DNA from: an uncultured Acidimicrobiia bacterium
GTDB lineage: Bacteria > Acidobacteriota > Terriglobia > Versatilivoradales > Versatilivoraceae
Reading direction: 5' to 3'
DNA length: 64,000 bases
NCBI GenBank assembly: GCA_963786955.1
Contig: CAWBAT010000006.1
Coordinates: 960,001 to 1,024,000, forward strand
The translations under genes were made by a program, and so were the position numbers. Of this stretch, positions 42,724 through 55,111 are shown in pieces. Numbering within the stretch: the first letter of the stretch is position 1; each line of letters begins with the position of its first letter. Below the pieces are notes generated by a model. That model was not told the DNA's origin and made no database searches. It saw only the letters and a program-made list of their open reading frames with translations.

Positions 42724-43137
42724 TCACCCAGCCACTTCAATAGCGACTTTGCGAGCTTTTAGTGCTTCCAAAATTGCAACTTCCGCCTCCAGCAGCGCGT
42801 AAGCAGCGACCACCATCGCGTCCACCGCCTGTTGCTCTTTCTTGTCGGCGTGTTTCTCGAGTTTTTCGATCTCGCGATCGGTTTTCCAGTCCTCGTATTT
42901 GGAAATCAACTCGTCCTGCTTCTCCTCCAAGAACTGGCGGAGCCTTTGTCCCGCCTGACCTGCCTGTTCGCGTTTGGCGTCACATTTAGCCAGGGCGTTC
43001 TTCCAGCCTGCCTCCAGCCCCTCAACTTTCTGCTCCACAGCCGTAGTTAAATGATTGCTGGTGTCGGCGAGACTGTTCTCGATGGTTTTGATCTCGTCCT
43101 GCACACGGCTGATGCATTGTTCCAATTTGTTGTTCAT
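42724..43137 (-). CDS. Hypothetical coiled-coil protein
   Basis: Charged helical 137-aa ORF in the operon orientation. Confidence 0.65.
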   Translation of the reverse strand: MNNKLEQCISRVQDEIKTIENSLADTSNHLTTAVEQKVEGLEAGWKNALAKCDAKREQAGQAGQRLRQFLEEKQDELISKYEDWKTDREIEKLEKHADKKEQQAVDAMVVAAYALLEAEVAILEALKARKVAIEVAG

Positions 43138-43161
43138 AGATACATTGAGATTCAGGGCATA

Positions 43162-44115
43162 TTATTTGGGGACGTCGGGTTGGGCAACGCCCGGTGTCGT
43201 CCTCTTGCTTCCGGCGAGTAACCGCTCTTTTAGCGCATCCAAAATCGGCCTGTCGCCGAATAGTGTCGGCACCAGCATGGCTGCGAAACAGGTCACAATC
43301 ATGGGCAGCAACATCGTCACGTTGGCCGTCATCTCGGTTACCAACACAATCGCGGTGAGCGGCGCTCGCACAATCGCGGTGAAAATCGCGGCCATCCCGA
43401 CCAAAGCGAAACCTTCCGGCTCCAACGCCAGGCCAGGGAACGCGAACGCACAGAGTAACCCGAACCAAAGGCCGAGTTCAGCCCCGAGCGCCACGAATGG
43501 CACGAGCAAGCCGCCCGGCGTTCCTGCGGCGACCGAAACCGCGATTAGCCCAAGCCGGAACAGGAAAAGAACCGGGAGCATGGCCAGCGTCCCCACGCCG
43601 TTTAACGCCTGTTGCGCCATTCCATCGCCACCGCCCGCCAGCGAGGGGGCAAACCATGCGATCGCGCCGACGCCCGCTCCGATGATGGCGGCGCGCAACT
43701 CGACGGGCAGATTTGGAAGCCGGGCCGTTGTCCTGAGCGTGGCGAGCAATGTCCGGTTGTAAAGCATGCCGGCGAGCCCCGCCAGGATGCCAAGCAAGAC
43801 GAAGAACGGCACCTTGAGCAAACCGGGTTCGGTCAGGGGTCCCACGGCGTATTCGGGGGCACTGCCGAAGATCGCGCGCCCGACCCAAATTGCCGCGGCA
43901 GAAGCGGCGAGCGCGGCAATCGCGATCCGCGCCTCAAACCGTTTGAGCAGCGCCTCAAAGACAAAAACCGCGCCCGCGATCGGTGCATTGAACGCGACAG
44001 CAAACCCGGCACCGGCTCCCGCGGCCAGCGGCGCGATCACGCCAAGCATGATGAGGTCACCCTGCGGCCTCCCATTAGCATCATCCTTGGCATGGTAATC
44101 CGCGTTCGGATTCAC
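43162..44115 (-). pseudogene. ClC-family H+/Cl- antiporter with an internal in-frame deletion
   Basis: AFNAP, GGLLVP and IVRAPLTAIVLVTEMT motifs are present; the GSGIP and GREGP motifs are missing. Confidence 0.75.
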
Positions 44116-44204
44116 AATGGCTGGCTTGGTATTGCCTCGTTTAGTCTGTGAATTCGCGGGCCGCTTCTTGCGAAGCGGCCCGCGTGGTTCAACAGCGAAT
44201 CAAA

Positions 44205-45638
44205 TCACTCCACTGCTTTGACCTCGGGAATTTGCCATGAGCCGTCGAGGATGGACGGAGGCGTGGTCTTCGGCCAATAAAGGCGCATCATTAAAATAAA
44301 CTTGTCCTTCGGCGCGGGCAGCCAGTTGGACTCCTTGTCCGCGCCGGGGCTTTCATTTTGGATGTAGAGATCCACCGAACCGTCGGCGTTCGGTTTCAAA
44401 TTCTGCCGGGCGCTGATGCTGTAACGGTTGAGCGGATTGCCCACGAAGAAGTAGTCCTTGTCGTACATGGTCAGCGACCAGAACCCATCGGCGGGCGGGA
44501 GGTGGCCCTTGGGGAAGTGCATCACGTATTTCTTCGCGCCGGTGTAGGATCCGAGGACGCTTGGGCCTTCGGAAGTGGGATAAATCGCGTCCTGCGGACG
44601 ATTGGCCCCGAGGCCGATGGCCGTGATGAGGGCCCGCTGGAGGTAGTTCACGCCGTACTCGCCGGTCTTCGTGGTGAACAGCCAGCCATGTTCCAGCTTG
44701 CTGTCGCCGGCGATGATTCCTTCCTTCAGCCAGAGCATGATTTTCTCATTGGCGATCTTCGGCACCTCGGGAAGGGCCTTCTTCGCCACCGGGCCGAGCT
44801 TGCTGCTGTCGAACGGTTGCCCGGGAACAATGCCGAGCTTCGCGAGCTTGGCGAGCATCGGTTTGTCCGCGGCGTTCGGCGGATTGTCCTTCATCAATTT
44901 GGCCAGCAGATTGAAATAGTTGTCCGCGCTGAGCGCATTGACCTGCTCGCGCACCGCGGTTTTCATGTCAATGGACGGGTCCACCTTGCCCGGAGGCGGC
45001 GTGTAGGGCTTGCCGTAGGAACTGAGCGGCACGACGGAAACCTGGTCCTGCAGCTTGTGGACGGTGGCGTAATCCTCGGGCGTGCCGGTGCAATAGATGC
45101 GGCCGAGCAGCCAGACGAGGGCGGTCGGTGATTTGTATTCCTTCACGCCCGCCGGCAGTTTGCCCTTCCAGCCGGGACCGGTGATGGCGTAGGTCTGCGC
45201 GCCGGTGCCGGTGGTGCGTTTGCCGGGGACTTGGAACACGTCGGTCCAGCCATCGAGCATCGGGAACAGATAATAGCGGTCGTGCGCGTCCGGCAGGCTC
45301 AACACCCACGGCTCTTTTCCCACGTCAATCCAGGCCGAGGTGTAAAGCGTGTCGGCGTTGGGAGCGGTGACGTCGCGAAACGCGGCGGACGGATACTGGC
45401 GCATCCGCACGAACTGCCCCATCGGCGCGCGCGTGCCTTCGGGCTCGCGGACGTTGGTCATCACGCGCCGGGTCATTTCCATCGTCACGAGTGGATAGCC
45501 ATAAACGTAGGCGTCAATGGCCTCGGGCACGGCTTCGAAGACGTTCTCCGCGGCCTGAATTGGATTGCTGGCGATACCAAGCGCGACACACGCGAGGCCC
45601 GCTGCCAGCACACGTTGGATGCTTGTTCGATTCTTCAT
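44205..45638 (-). CDS. DUF1254/DUF1214 secreted protein
   Basis: AYVYGYPLV, PNADTLY, FWSLTMY and MRLYWP motifs. Confidence 0.93.
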   Translation of the reverse strand: MKNRTSIQRVLAAGLACVALGIASNPIQAAENVFEAVPEAIDAYVYGYPLVTMEMTRRVMTNVREPEGTRAPMGQFVRMRQYPSAAFRDVTAPNADTLYTSAWIDVGKEPWVLSLPDAHDRYYLFPMLDGWTDVFQVPGKRTTGTGAQTYAITGPGWKGKLPAGVKEYKSPTALVWLLGRIYCTGTPEDYATVHKLQDQVSVVPLSSYGKPYTPPPGKVDPSIDMKTAVREQVNALSADNYFNLLAKLMKDNPPNAADKPMLAKLAKLGIVPGQPFDSSKLGPVAKKALPEVPKIANEKIMLWLKEGIIAGDSKLEHGWLFTTKTGEYGVNYLQRALITAIGLGANRPQDAIYPTSEGPSVLGSYTGAKKYVMHFPKGHLPPADGFWSLTMYDKDYFFVGNPLNRYSISARQNLKPNADGSVDLYIQNESPGADKESNWLPAPKDKFILMMRLYWPKTTPPSILDGSWQIPEVKAVE

Positions 45639-45738
45639 GGGATTTCTACCTTTCGATTGATGCTGATGTGTTTGTTGACTGCGAATTCGCGGGCCGCTTC
45701 TGGCGAAGCGGCCCGCGTGGTTCTTAAGCGAAACGACG

Positions 45739-47256
45739 TTACTTCACAAGCTCGATTTCACTGGGCCGCCAGATCTTGTCGAACCAAGGCTCCAGCGGAC
45801 CGTAGAGGCGCAGGATCATGAACCAACCCTTGCCGGGAATCGTTTGGATCCAGTTGTTCTCCATTCCCGCCGGGGCTTTCGGGCCAAAATAGACATCCAC
45901 GGAGCCGTCCGCATTGATCTTGATTCCTTTGTTTTGGCTGCTGACGCTCGGGGACTGTTGATCCGTCTGGACCATGGAGCGGGTCTGGTTGTCATAGACA
46001 ATGACGGACCAGAAATCCTTCACCGGCACGTTGGGCGGAAGATGCATTTTGTAGGACTTTTCGCCAGAGAAGGGGTTGCCGTTGGAGTCCTGAACGGACC
46101 AGGGATATTGCGAACCTTTGCCGACCATCTTCATCTCCATCGCGGGCGTCACGCCGGTGGCGAAGTAATAATAGAAGATGTAGCCGTCCATGTTTGTCAC
46201 GCCGGGCGAACTCTCGAACTTGTAGCCGCCGAAGAAGGGCAGGCGCCACGTACTGTTCGGGAAGTAATAGGCATCCTTGCCGCGGATCTTGAAGGCGATG
46301 GTTCGGGCGGTGACGGCGCCGATGTTCGCCGCGTCGGTGAGGATCTTCTTCATCCGCTCGTCGGGGGCGAAGGGTTTGCCCTTAACGATGCCGACAGAGG
46401 CGAAGAGGCCGAGCGTCGTCGGGTCACTGCCGCCAGGGGGCTCCTCCTGGATGACCTTGTTGAGCATTTCCCAGAACGCATAGTCGCCGGGCGCGACGTA
46501 GTTGGCCGGCACGCCGGAGCCGTTGACGAATTTCATCGCGGGTGGTTTGGCGGCATCGGCGAGTTGATAGACCTTGAAATGCGCTTTCACCGAATCCACG
46601 CCAGGCTTCGTCGAGCCATCCACCACAAAGGCGCGGAACACAAGCCAGTTGCCGTAGGTGCTCGGCCGCACGACGAAATAGCCGGTCGGGACCTCGCCTT
46701 TGTAATCGGGCGGCAGGATGAGATATTTGCCGCCTTTGCCTTGATCTTCGCCGGTGATGCCGACGTCAGCCACCCAGCGATACCAGAAATCATTGAACAA
46801 TCCCAAGACCATCGGCGGCACTTCCACGACGAGCGGGCCCTTGTGCGTGTCAACCCAGACGAAGTTGTAGATGGTGTTGTCGTTCGCCGTCAGTTCCACC
46901 GTGCGGGCATCCACCAGATTTTCCCAGATGACATCCGTCTGGTTGTCGGGTCCATTCTTGCGGATTGAATCGCGCATCCCGGCCTGGTTCACGATGGGGA
47001 TGGCCATGAGATAAGCCTGCAACGCGCGGGAGCGGTCGAGGTTGTCGTAGATTTTCTCCACCGTCGCCGCATTGGGGTAACCGTAGTCCAAGTGCAGCGT
47101 GCCGATTGAAGATTCGACCTTGTCCGGCACGGCGACGCCCGGCGCAATCGGCGTGGTGTATTTGTACTGCTTGGCTGACTCGGCTGTCGCACAGACGGTC
47201 AGCAGTGTGATGGCACCGGCCAAAGCCAGTGTCGTGCAGAACTGTATCCTCTTCAT
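45739..47256 (-). CDS. DUF1254/DUF1214 secreted protein (paralog of 33991..35523)
   Basis: LTANDNTIY, FWSVIVYD.QTRS and LRLYGP motifs. Confidence 0.93.
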   Translation of the reverse strand: MKRIQFCTTLALAGAITLLTVCATAESAKQYKYTTPIAPGVAVPDKVESSIGTLHLDYGYPNAATVEKIYDNLDRSRALQAYLMAIPIVNQAGMRDSIRKNGPDNQTDVIWENLVDARTVELTANDNTIYNFVWVDTHKGPLVVEVPPMVLGLFNDFWYRWVADVGITGEDQGKGGKYLILPPDYKGEVPTGYFVVRPSTYGNWLVFRAFVVDGSTKPGVDSVKAHFKVYQLADAAKPPAMKFVNGSGVPANYVAPGDYAFWEMLNKVIQEEPPGGSDPTTLGLFASVGIVKGKPFAPDERMKKILTDAANIGAVTARTIAFKIRGKDAYYFPNSTWRLPFFGGYKFESSPGVTNMDGYIFYYYFATGVTPAMEMKMVGKGSQYPWSVQDSNGNPFSGEKSYKMHLPPNVPVKDFWSVIVYDNQTRSMVQTDQQSPSVSSQNKGIKINADGSVDVYFGPKAPAGMENNWIQTIPGKGWFMILRLYGPLEPWFDKIWRPSEIELVK

Positions 47257-47358
47257 CGTTTTTGATCCCCTGTTGGTCGTTTGTCACCTCGATGGTGAAG
47301 TCGCGGGCCGCATCCCGTGAAAGATACGGCCTGCGCGTTTCACAACCGAAATTAAGGA

Positions 47359-49873
47359 TTACTTCGCGTCTGCGGCCTGCTTCATGCCCTCCTCGAGTTT
47401 CTTGATGTCGTCCGGTGACAACTGTGGCCGGTCTACTTTGATCGTCAGCTTGTTCAGCTTGCCAGAAAAGGTGAATGGGGGCTTGTAGTCGGCGTCGTTC
47501 ACGCCGGTGAGCGTGTCGGAACCGACGTCGAAGCTTTCGTCCCATTGCAGGATCATGGGCAGGGTGTGCGGCATTGTAATGGTTTGGACAGCTTTGCCGT
47601 CCACCTTGAGCGTGCCCGTGCCGCCCTTGCCCAGGCCACTCATGTTGTTGAACATGAGCGTGCCCAGGCCCAAGCCGTCATACTTGAAGTCAAACACCAG
47701 CGTGTGCTTGCCGGGCGTGAGCGCGTCCGGGCCTTCCCAACGAATGCGCTTCAGGTCAACGAGGTTCCAGAGGAACACCGGCTTGCCTTTGAGCAGGTAA
47801 AAGCCGTAGCCGCCGAACCGTCCACCGGAGGTTACAATCATGCCCTCGGCGCCACTCGCTGGCACCTCGATGTCCGCCGTGAAGGTGTAGGAGGCGTCGA
47901 GGATCATCGGCGAATCGCCCTGCGGCAATCCCACCATGGGCCGGGTGTAAACGAACTCCGTGCGCCCGGCGGTGATGTTCGGACGAGGAGCCACAATTCG
48001 GGCGGCGACTGAGGCGTCGAGCGGGAAGACCTGATACTTCTTCGCTTCCTGAATGAACATTGCCTTCATCGCTTTGACTTTGTCGGGGAATTTACTGGCA
48101 ATATTCTGGGACTGACTGAAGTCCTTATTCAGGTCGTAAAGTTCGAGCACCTGGTTGTTGAGCGGGTCGGGATTGGCGGGACCGAAGGCTTCCCACGGCG
48201 CGCGATTCACCTTGGTGCTGAGCAGCAAGCCTTCGTGATACAGTGCCCACTGGCCAAACATCTCGAAATACTGGGTCTTGTGCTGCGACGGCACCTTGGC
48301 GTTCTTCGCGTCAAACGTATAGGCCAGGCTTGTGCCCTCGATCGGGCTTTGCTTGATGCCATCCACATACTCGGGCTGGGCGATGCCGCTGACCTCGAGG
48401 ATGGTGGGCACGATATCAATGACGTGGCAGAACTGCTCGCGGAGAGCGCCTTTGTCCTTGATGTGCCCGGGCCAAGAGATGGTCATGCACTGACGAATGC
48501 CGCCGAGCTTCGAGGCATTCTGCTTGAACCAGGTGAAGGGCGTGTCAAAGGCCCAGGACCAACCGGCCGACATGTGGTTGTAGGTCTGCTCCGTTCCCCA
48601 GACGTCGTACCACTTCATCTGGTCGGCGACCGGCATCATGTTGATGCCGTTGAAGAATGCAACTTCGTTGGGCGTGCCGAGCGGGCCGCCTTCTGCGCTA
48701 GTGCCGTTGTCGCCGTTTATGTAGATGATGAGTGTGTCGTCCAGCTTGCCCATGTCTTCGATGGTTTGGATGACGCGGCCAATTTCGTAGTCGCTGTAGG
48801 CCTCATAGGCCGCGAAGATTTCCACCTGTTTGATGAAGAGCTTTTTCTCTTCAGCGGTGAGTTGGTCCCACGGCTTCAGCACTTTGCTGGGCCACGGTTC
48901 GATTTGCGTGTCTGCCGGGATGACGCCGAGCTTCTTTTGATTCTCGAAGATGCGCTCGCGCAGCTTCTCGTAGCCGTCGTCGAAGAGGTGCATGTTGTGG
49001 ATTTTATCCACCCATTCCTTGGTCGGATGATGCGGAGCGTGCGTGGCGCCGGGAACGTAGTAGCAGAAGAACGGTTTGCTCGGGCTGGATTTGGTTGATG
49101 CGATTGAGATAATCAATGGCGTCGTCGGCCATCCCGGTGATCAGATTCCAACCCGGCTTACCTTGGAAGGGATAGATCTGGGTGGTGTTGCGGAAGAGGT
49201 TTGGCTCCCACTGATTTGCGTCGCCTCCGACGAACCCGTAGAAGTATTCGAATCCCTGCCCGATGGGCCAATTCTCAAACGGTCCGACCTGACTGGCCGC
49301 GAAGGCCGGCACGTTGTGATCCTTGCCGAACCAGGAGGTGGCAAAGCCGTTTTCTTTGAGGATGCGACCGATGGTGGCCTTGTCCTTGGCGATGATGCTG
49401 TTATAACCAGGGAAGCCGGTGGATTGCTCCGAGATCACGCCGAACCCGGCCGAGTGGTGGTTGCGTCCAGTGATCAACGCGGCGCGAGTCGGCGAACACA
49501 GTGCGGTGGAATGAATGTTGTTGTAGCGCAGACCGGTCTTCGCGAGGCGATCCATTGTCGGTGTCGGGATGACGCCACCAAAGGTGCTCGGCACGCCGAA
49601 ACCGGAATCGTCCGTCATGATCAGCAGCACGTTGGGCGCGCCTTTCGGGGGCACGATGCGCGGCGCCCACCAGGCTTTGGACTGGAGGGCGCCGTCCTTG
49701 ATCACGCCGCCGAACGGCGGATCGGGCGCCGGAAGCTGTTTCCCGTCAATCGTGGTGGTGGCGCCGGGCGAACCCGGCTCGCCGGTGGTCTTTTGAGCGG
49801 AAGCAGATAATGCAGTCGTCAAGATAAAGGCAGCCACCGCCGCCCAATAAAAGAATTGTTTGATTACTTTCAT
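47359..49873 (-). CDS. Arylsulfatase (formylglycine type) with one +1 frameshift near 49083, probably an error or a recent lesion
   Basis: CSPTRAALITGR motif. ORFs 49004..49978 and 47359..49116 join at NQIQP/SKPFF. RBS AAGGAG before ATG 49873. Confidence 0.88.
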
Positions 49874-49980
49874 GGATTTCTCCTTTTCGTTATTCCTGTA
49901 GGTCTTTCGAAAATTGAGTCGATGCAAACGAACAACCCGCAACGACGATGCCCAGCCGTCTTCGACCCACTTGACCATAT

Positions 49981-50000
49981 CAATAGGAAATTTCCTATTG
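49981..50000. promoter_or_regulatory. Perfect 20-bp palindrome, candidate operator upstream of the sulfatase operon
   Basis: CAATAGGAAATTTCCTATTG, ~110 bp upstream of ATG 49873. Confidence 0.5.
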
Positions 50001-50189
50001 AAAACATCCGTAGCGGCCTGAGATTTTCTCAGAGACTCTATCTCACCCGGCTATTTCTATGACTTCACTTAGTGATCGAACAACTCAAAAAAGCATCAAA
50101 TATTTTGCACATTTTCTATTCGAATGCAATCACAGTAAGCATGGAAAGTTTCATTCTGGCAGCATCTTGTCCTTCCCTCTTTACCACTG

Positions 50190-50272
50190 GCACTTTTTTT
50201 GCGACTCTTTGCGGCTAAAAAAGTCGGGACCACAAGAAGGCACAAAACGCACAAAGTGGTTCAAAGCTTTTT
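50190..50272. repeat. Gene-free copy of the GxxExxY-array B-A junction
   Basis: TTTTTTGCGACTCTTTGCGGCTAAA...ACCACAAGAAGGCACAAAACGCACAAAG resembles 26684..26765. Confidence 0.8.
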
Positions 50273-50439
50273 CTTCTAGAAATGTCACTACTCCTTTAGC
50301 TATTCTTTGATCCCTCGAGAGCCGCATAGCGGCAACCTGTTTATAGAACGGCGTGTCTTCTAATAACTTCGATCTCCGGAGGAGCGGCCTATGAACGGCG
50401 AGCGCGCCCTACCGGAAACCATAGATCGCTCCTGCCTTA

Positions 50440-50566
50440 GTGCTGCTTTTCATAAATACGGTAACGTTAACGCCGGGTGGGTGACCCGGCCTACAACTTT
50501 GTAGGCCGCGTGACCCCACGCGGCGCCTATCTCAAGATATGTCACCGCAATTACGAATAGCAGCAC
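50440..50566. mobile_element. Second copy of the MITE-like element
   Basis: GTGCTGCTTTTCATAAAT ... AATTACGAATAGCAGCAC with the same core as 24101..24228; overlaps the hdeD stop codon. Confidence 0.75.
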
Positions 50567-51111
50567 TAAGCTAGGCGAGCACGCAGCCCACGTAATTTGA
50601 AAGAGAATGCGATCAGGATGATCCCAAAAAGGAGAGCATAGGTCGCAATCAGCCAAAGCAGGCTCAAGGCTCCGGCGCCCGGCGCCCACATCAATAGCAA
50701 CGCGAAAAAGATGGAGACAATCCCCCCAAATGCCAGCCAAGCCTCCCCCTGAATGATTTTGCGCAAGCGGACTGCCGCAATGATCAGCAGGACTCCGCTG
50801 ACCAGGCTCCAGATGGCGATGAAGAACAAAAGTATGACGGCTGTCATGGCCGGATTTCGAAAGGTAATCATCCCCACCCAAACCCCCAAAAGACCATCAA
50901 TCAGAGGCAGCCACCTGTCTTCCTCGTGCTTCCATCCTCTGAGGGCATGGATGAGCATGAAGATCCCATTCACAAAAACGTAGGCGCCGAAGAAAATGAC
51001 CAAAGTCGCCAGAGTAATTCCCGGATTTGCCAGAGTGAACACCCCAAAGGTGATAGCAAAAAGCCCTCTCAGCAGCATGACCCACCAATGTCGCGCTAGT
51101 AATTCGAGCAT
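50566..51111 (-). CDS. hdeD: HdeD family acid-resistance membrane protein (DUF308)
   Basis: WW..LLRG..AI.FG....P..T...L...FGAY; six TM segments; RBS AGGAG. Confidence 0.85.
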   Translation of the reverse strand: MLELLARHWWVMLLRGLFAITFGVFTLANPGITLATLVIFFGAYVFVNGIFMLIHALRGWKHEEDRWLPLIDGLLGVWVGMITFRNPAMTAVILLFFIAIWSLVSGVLLIIAAVRLRKIIQGEAWLAFGGIVSIFFALLLMWAPGAGALSLLWLIATYALLFGIILIAFSFKLRGLRARLA

Positions 51112-51413
51112 ATGTGATCTCCTTGTTCTTTCTTTGTCTAATCTGACCCTTTGATTCGCACTCGCCCATGCGAAGCAACAACTTTGACTCTTGTCCATTC
51201 CCCCGCAGATTTTGGCGCTCCCCGATTTACCTTGTCAAATGTGAAATCTTAGCGGGATTTGCATCCCATCGGGCTCCCCAGAACCTAACGGTCGATTAAC
51301 AAAAAAGCTATGGGTAGGATTTCACAGAAGCGAGACGCCGAGGACAATGAACTTTCCATACTTCTACCATACATTCTGGAACCGAACTGTCTTTTCCAAG
51401 AGACCCTTGGCGA

Positions 51414-51809
51414 TCACTTCGGCCTCTCGATACTCGGGGAGGGCTTACGCTGCAGGCTCACAAGGCACCAGGCGGTCATGGCTGTATGAAGAACAACTGC
51501 CGGCCACAGGGCGATACCAACCAATCTCAAGCTGATTCCGGCAATGGCAAGGATCGCTGCAACGGCAAGGTTATACAGCACCATTGCGCGAACTAACGCC
51601 TTCACGGCTAGGCTTCCGTCGTCTCGCGCGAACCAGCAGGCTGCTCCCAGGGCAAGCAGCGCGGCCCCGGCCACGCGTCCAAGCGTCACCGCTACAGACG
51701 CTTCAAGCCCTGAACCGAGCAGCAGCACCACCGTTACCGACGGGCAACACAGCAATGCCGCACCGGCGCCCAACTCAATCACTGCCGACACGGTCAGTAA
51801 GTTCTTCAT
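51414..51809 (-). CDS. Hypothetical 4-TM membrane protein
   Basis: Hydrophobic 131-aa ORF (IELGAG, LYN and LWPAVVLH motifs). Confidence 0.75.
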   Translation of the reverse strand: MKNLLTVSAVIELGAGAALLCCPSVTVVLLLGSGLEASVAVTLGRVAGAALLALGAACWFARDDGSLAVKALVRAMVLYNLAVAAILAIAGISLRLVGIALWPAVVLHTAMTAWCLVSLQRKPSPSIERPK

Positions 51810-52014
51810 TGGCGTCTTCCATCAGTTGTGACGAGCGCGTACTTTTCAGCCATTGTGCTTGTGCCGGCGTGACAAATCCAACAGCCCCCGATTATCGCGC
51901 AGGCCGCGATAATCGTGGCTACCAGGACAGAAGCAATTTAGGGACTATGGCCTTTCAAGTAGCAAACATCGATTCATGCGTCTGCATTAAATTGAGCCCG
52001 CTTTCGTGACACGC

Positions 52015-52347
52015 TTAAGGAATCATGCCGCAATCGAACATTTTGTTGGCGATGGGTGCTGCAATTTTGTTGATGAATGCCATGCGCATCTGGGGATCGT
52101 TCTTCAGAAATCCGATCACTTTCTGTTCTTGAGCCGACGGCGGTGCCTTTTCGCTCTTCTTGATCCACAATTGCTCGCAGGTCGACGTCTGGTACTTTTG
52201 GATGATCTTATTGGCGACCTGGTCCATGATCGGGAACTGCTGCGGCGGCTCAGCTTTGGCGTTGCCGGGGCGAAGCAGCGTGAATCCCAGCAATAAGAGA
52301 GGGAACAGCGCCAGCACGATAATCCAGTGGGTGTAACGTTTCATCAT
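52015..52347 (-). CDS. Small secreted two-Cys helical protein
   Basis: Signal peptide, RBS AAGGAG, and a paralog at 28729..29020. Confidence 0.8.
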   Translation of the reverse strand: MMKRYTHWIIVLALFPLLLLGFTLLRPGNAKAEPPQQFPIMDQVANKIIQKYQTSTCEQLWIKKSEKAPPSAQEQKVIGFLKNDPQMRMAFINKIAAPIANKMFDCGMIP

Positions 52348-52498
52348 AACTTTCTCCTTTGTCTCAATTTAAACTTCCAGCCATTCTACTTCTGCCTCGG
52401 ACCCAACAAGACTTTGACATCTTGTCGGGAGCCGAGTCAATCCATTCCCCGCCCGACAGCCCACGGAGAGAAATGCACCCTCCGTGGCTACCAGACCG

Positions 52499-52672
52499 CT
52501 CTCATCGAAGACATGCAAACGGCGCAGTTTTTCGCCTCCCACCCCCCTGTAATCCCCCCTTGTGCAAGGGGGGAGCATGTTCGCATTGTCCTACCTTGTG
52601 CAAAGAGGGACCAAGTTCTTATTGTCCCCCCTTAAACAAGAGGGGACTTGAAGGGGGGGCCTTCAAACCCGT
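52499..52672 (+). repeat. ~170-bp C/G-tract palindromic dispersed repeat (direct copy at 55112..55284)
   Basis: CCCCCCTTGTGCAAGGGGGG and CCCCCTTAAACAAG.GGGG hairpins; the two copies are highly similar. Confidence 0.9.
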
Positions 52673-52697
52673 GGCCACTGAAAATGTCGATCTGAAC

Positions 52698-52732
52698 AAA
52701 AAAAATGCGGGCGACCCTTGCGAGCCGCCCGC
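52698..52732 (-). terminator. Rho-independent terminator after the arylsulfatase gene
   Basis: GCGGGCG stem followed by T8 on the minus strand. Confidence 0.7.
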
Positions 52733-52749
52733 CGTGAAAGACATTGCGG

Positions 52750-54387
<1,638 letters not shown>

Positions 54388-55111
54388 TTTTTCTTGCCTC
54401 CGTCTAGTTTTGTGAATTTGTTTTTTTACGATCTAACCCCATTTGCCAAGGCTTAATACCCCCCAAAGCAATTTGTTAAGTCTCGCGCGTGACACCACAG
54501 TTTTTCGTAGCCGCGACGAATTCGCTTGCTGTAGCCGGCCTCGCTGAGGCCGGTCCCATCCGGGGTCAGCGACCCCGGCTACAACCCATTTGTTTGAAAA
54601 TACGCACAATCCAATCCTCTTATGCTATACAAGTCTCCCCAATCGTGCAATTGGGAAATTGACTCGTTTTCCAAGAAATTGACGTGGGTGCCTATGTTTC
54701 CAAAAACCATGCGAATAATCAAAACGCCAGGAGCGCCAAGAATAGAGGGTGATGCTTCGCCAGCCCAGTGTCCATAGACGTCTCGTCAGCAGTCCAGAAA
54801 GATTTTGCCCTTGGCGATCTTTGCGTTCTTGGCGGTTCGAATATTCTGAGAGCAATGATGCGCCAGCAAAAACACGTCTTAACTGGAGGATCTTGGAGCG
54901 ACTGCGATTTCCGCCACTTCGCAGGAGAAGTGCTTTGTTTTAAAAGACCACAATCCACCCTGCTTTACACCTAACCAAAGGGAGAATGAATGCGCAGGAT
55001 TTCCGTTGTGTTGCGGGAATGTTAATTTTTCATGAATTGAGTAATCTTAGGCAGGGCTTCTAATTACCTGGACCTTATTGCTGTAGGGTTCTCAGCGTGG
55101 CTAACAGGCAA

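Noticed and set aside
33933-47358. Integron attC sites after co-oriented genes
   Set aside because: No convincing RYYYAAC/GTTRRRY boxes or extrahelical-base pattern, and no integrase gene.
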